From Octopus sinensis (Eukaryota): DNA of 54,575 nt. The position numbers and the translations under genes were made by a program. Shown here piece after piece: positions 50,443 through 54,575 of the stretch. The notes beneath the pieces were generated by a model. That model was not told the origin of the DNA. It saw only the letters and a program-made list of their open reading frames with translations, and searched no databases. The DNA lies in assembly GCF_006345805.1 (NCBI RefSeq), contig NW_021834265.1, positions 1-54,575 on the forward strand. The letters are read 5' to 3'. Position 1 is the stretch's first letter; each line of letters starts with the position of its first letter.

Positions 50443-50513
50443 TTTATATATATATATATTTATGCATGTATGCATGATTATATAATATATATATTATATA
50501 ATCGTACACACAC

Positions 50514-50553
<40 letters not shown>

Positions 50554-50959
50554 CATGTGAGAATGCATGTACTGATGGATAAATCTGTTGGTAGATAGAT
50601 ACAATATAAGAGAGCTACAGAGAACTATTTGTTACTACAACTTTATTCTCTGTGGCTGAACTTTAAATTAAATTTTAAATAATTTAATTTAATACTAATT
50701 CAATCTAATCTAATTAGCGATAAACTAGTTGACATGAAAATTAATTTGAAATGTGTTTAAATCAAATTAACAAAAAGCAGAAATGTGATATATCTGCATA
50801 TTTAATTTTTATGAAACTAGTTTATATATTTTTAAAAGTCTCCTTAATTTTTTAATCAAATTTCATTTGGTGTTTGTTTTTTTTTTGTTGTTGACCTTTT
50901 TGTTGATGTTGCTACTGTTGTATTCGTTGCTGTTGAATATGATGATGATGATTTTTTGC

Positions 50960-51150
50960 TGTTGTTATTTAACTTGGAATCAACACTATGCGAGCAGACA
51001 TTATGCAAAACATTCCATCCGTGACCATCTGTTTTTAATTCTAACATAACGTATCTAATATGTCCTTCTTTCGTGACGATAAGGCGTATGAGTAAAGAGA
51101 GATTTAGCTGCTATTTCTAAAACATCAATCAATGATGTAGAGTCTTCCTC
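50960..51150 (-). repeat. Unclassified interspersed repeat with a gatttRgctgctatttctaR end; fragments also at ~4265-4375, ~16850-16900 and ~20900-21090
   Basis: Shared blocks acattccatccgtgaccat / atggtcacggatggaatgt and ttRgctgctattt. Confidence 0.55.
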
Positions 51151-51229
51151 GTTGCTTTATATGCCATTTTAGTTTCAAAAGATCGATGATCGAAGAGGGT
51201 TGTTTTCAACACTCAACGAAACATTTTCG

Positions 51230-51447
51230 TTACTCTTTTACTTGTTTCAGTCATTTGACTGCGGCCATGCTGGAGTACCGCCTTTAGTCGAGCAAATCGA
51301 CCCCAGGACTTATTCTTTGTAAGCCTAGTACTTAATCTATCAGTCTCTTTTGCCGAACCGCTAAGTTACGGCACGTAAATACACCAGCATCGGTTGTCAA
51401 GCGATGTTGGGGAGACAAACACAGACAAACATATGCACGCACATATA

Positions 51448-51505
<58 letters not shown>

Positions 51506-51666
51506 TACGACGGGCTTCTTCTTTCAGTTTCCGTATACCAAATCCACTCACAAGACTTTGGTCGGCCCGGGGCTATAGTGGAAGACATTTGCCTAAGGTG
51601 CCACACAGTGGGAATGAACCCGGAACAATGTGGTTAGTAAGCAAGCTACTTACCATACAGCCACTC
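51230..51666 (-). mobile_element. SINE family B, full-length
   Basis: Colinear with 29490-29907. Confidence 0.9.
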
Positions 51667-52047
51667 ATTTATAATCGAATTCCTTGAGGAAATATTTATC
51701 TGAATTCTAAGCACAATTAGGATATACTATAAATGTGAAAATCACACCAAGATCTACTTTGTTTTTGAACTTCTTGATCTTGATATTAGTATCACTAATA
51801 TACTGACGTCGATCTTAAAATTTCTGATCATCTACCAACGTCTTAATTAAAATTTTCCTTCCAAAATTTAATTGTTACATCCAGATATCTAGAACATAGC
51901 TAACAAAGGCTGTGAAGAATGCCAGAAAATATGAATAAAATTCTAGTATTGCCATTTTCTACAGCCTACCTGTGACTTCTTTATAGGTAATATGTAAATG
52001 TCCCAACGGAATTAACTACGTATCACTCCAGTTAACTTGTCATAAAT

Positions 52048-52443
52048 GGGGGATGGACATGGAAACACTCCGTCCGTTACGACGATGAGGGTTCCGGTTG
52101 ATCCGAATCAACGGAACAGCCTGCTCGTGAAATTAACGTGCAAGTGGCTGAGCACTCCACAGACACGTGCACCCTTAACGTAGTTCTCGGGGATATTCAG
52201 CGTGACACAGACAGTGACAAGGCCGGCCCCTTGAAATACAGGTACAACAGAAACATGAAGTAAGAGTGAGAGAAAGTTGTGGTGAAAGAGTACAGCAGGG
52301 ATCACCACCATCCCCTGCCGGAGCCTCGTAGAGCTTTTAGGTGTTTTCGCTCAATAAACACTCACAACGCCCGGTCTGGGATTCGAAACCGCGATCCTAT
52401 GACCGCGAGTCCGCTGCCCTAACCACTGGGCCATTGCGCCTCC
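52048..52443 (-). mobile_element. SINE family C, full-length with a 10-bp target-site duplication TGTCATAAAT (52038-52047 and 52444-52453)
   Basis: tRNA-like head GGAGGCGCAATGGCCCAGTGGTTAGG on the minus strand; exact flanking direct repeat. Confidence 0.92.
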
Positions 52444-52854
52444 TGTCATAAATAAGGCAACTGACACATTCTTTAAATGCCATGCGAGGCATTTTTTGTG
52501 GAGTGGTGTGCCTATTTTCTTAGTTCAGCAGTTTGGTCGGTGTAATGCCTTTGGTTTCCTATCGATTCCACATCTATTAGACGCGTCTCCCAAGACAGCG
52601 CATTTTATAGATGCAACTACCAAATTATTCTGAAATCCGAAAATCCGAATTTCGCGATAATTTCTGTCCCGTAAAATTTGGATGAGGGATTCTCGACTCT
52701 ATTAGATTTTAGAAGTATATTTCTCCTAAAATCGCCATAAAATCTTTGCTGCCAAGACATTAAAATATTAACTGAAAGCAAGGAAAGACAACAATGAGTC
52801 ATTAACGAGCAGAGGAACTAAGCAATCTACTTTAGTGAGTAAAAAAATTATATA

Positions 52855-53240
52855 TAGGCGCAGGATGTCTGGTAAGAAGCTTGCTTCTCAACCATGTGGC
52901 TCTGGGTTCAATCGCACTATGTGGTACCTTCAGCAAGTGTCTTCTACTATAGCCTCAGGCCGACCAAAGCCTGGTGAGTAGATTTGGTTGACGGAAACTG
53001 AAATGAGCCTCCTGTCATATATATGCGTGTACGCGCGCGTGTTTGTCCACTTTGCACACAGCTTGACAACCGGTGCTGGTTTGTTTACCTCCTCGTAAAA
53101 GTAGAGGTTCTGCAAAATAAACTGATAGATTAAATGCCAGGTTTAAAACAAGTTACCGGAGTCGATTCGTCTGATTAAAATCTCTTCAAGGGGTTGCCCC
53201 AGCATGGCCGAAGTCTAATGACTGAAACAAATAAAAGATT
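52855..53240 (+). mobile_element. SINE family B, diverged full-length copy
   Basis: ggtaagaagcttgcttc...gtgtcttctactatagcctcaggccgaccaaagcc...ccagcatggccgaagtctaatgactgaaac. Confidence 0.85.
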
Positions 53241-54536
53241 ACAGACAAATATCCTGAGATTTTTCTTATCAAAACTATTTGCCACTTGTGTTGTCATTTT
53301 GCTTTTTGCTTTTGGTTAATTATTGGTTAATTAGTACACGATTGTCATTCTGTCCCCAAGATTGATAACAGGGGTATTATGTGTTTTATGGTTGTTTGTA
53401 AGATAAATTTAGATAAAAGTTTCGCAGTGTTACTTTCTGGAACAACCGCAGGTTAATATAAGTATCTGGGCAATGTTTTACTTGAAGCAACTGAAATTTG
53501 GTGATAAGGTGATGTAGTGCAGCTTTGCTAAATTACTGCGTCTCTCAGAATATTTTCTTGAATTTCGTATTGGCTTCAATATAAATACGGTATTTTCTTT
53601 GAAGAAATGATCCACGTAAGCAATTTTATTTTCTATACTGTAATGTAGAATTGTGCATATTTTTGATAATATATTAATTAGGGGTGGCTTATCCCAACAT
53701 GGTAAATTCTGGTATTTCTGCAGCTTTATTTAGGCCCGATTTATTCAGCCAGTTCAAAGATAGGTTTTTATTTTTATATGGCATCCAGTTTGAGAAAATA
53801 TTCTTTATATAATGTCATACATGTATGGTTTTTCACCTGAGTTAACCTATGTACCAGCAAAATTTCCATTTTTACTGCTGTCTTATGTTTTGGCTTTAGG
53901 TGTCCGGAGTCTAAATCAATTTCTTCTAAGAATTTTGTTGGTCAGTTGACATGGATAGGATTCGTTACTGGAAAGGATAGGCTACAGGGGCCGAAGTAGC
54001 GAGCTAGATAAATGCCAATTGACGAGGGCAACTTGCGTTTCCCCTACTGTTTTTGGACAGGTAGTAGTACTTCCAGACCCCCTCCACCACCACCACCACT
54101 AGTATTTAAACGTCTTATTTCCAATTGCGGCATATTTACACCCTGCAAGACAAAAAGAATATGCATTATAATGTTAATATTTCTTTTAGACTCACAAACG
54201 CACCGTTACGATGGAGAGTGTTGGCTCAGTTATGACCTCATTCACATCACTCAGTTGTATTATCCGTTGATTAACAGTTGTTGTCGTTGTTCTCACCAAT
54301 AACCGTCCCTCACCTCTATCCTAGTTCCTCATGACCAGACATGTTTTGCGGAATACTGGAAACATAGACCTAACCAGAGCTAAAACAGAATACACACTAT
54401 TTCTAAGCGCCGCGTTGTGAGACAGAACCTGAAGCAGGTGGACACAAAGCACACTTCTTACCACTTACCCTCCGGCAAAACTTCTCTCTTTCTCATTACT
54501 CGCACACTCCACGCCCCATTTCTCTCTCTCTCTTTC

Positions 54537-54575
<39 letters not shown>

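Larger units (their letters stand above)
49662..50445. mobile_element. Non-coding HHR-bearing repeat cluster: tandem units A (49662-~49965) and B (50033-50262) plus inverted partial unit C (~50300-50445)
   Basis: A and B are identical over ~135 bp and offset by 370 bp; C is a diverged reverse complement of the A tail. Confidence 0.9.

Noticed and set aside
53450-53850. Possible ancient PLE reverse transcriptase remnant on the minus strand
   Set aside because: Motif resemblance is too weak and no YxDD-type motif is visible.

Overview
AT-rich, microsatellite-dense animal genomic DNA. The SINE families and repeat landscape look like a coleoid cephalopod, most likely Octopus (recognised from memory, not by database search). 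I find no convincing host protein-coding exon; nearly all listed ORFs are translations of simple repeats. The window is a mosaic of tRNA-derived SINEs (4 families), Tc1/mariner DNA transposons (one near full-length IR/DR Tc1 element), R4/Dong-like RLE non-LTR fragments and at least three families of Penelope-like elements (PLE, GIY-YIG). The main signal is a high density of minimal type-I hammerhead ribozyme (HHR) motifs: 15 near-complete motifs in 7 sequence families, with C3-G8, U3-A8 and G3-C8 covariation of the catalytic pair and palindromic helix III. They sit in inverted pseudo-LTRs, a 383-bp fold-back, and a retrozyme-like 370-bp tandem whose two copies differ by a flipped 56-bp hairpin cassette; a perfect 92-bp palindrome carries half-motifs. 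All coordinates were read by eye and may be off by a few bases; no ribozyme activity is demonstrated.
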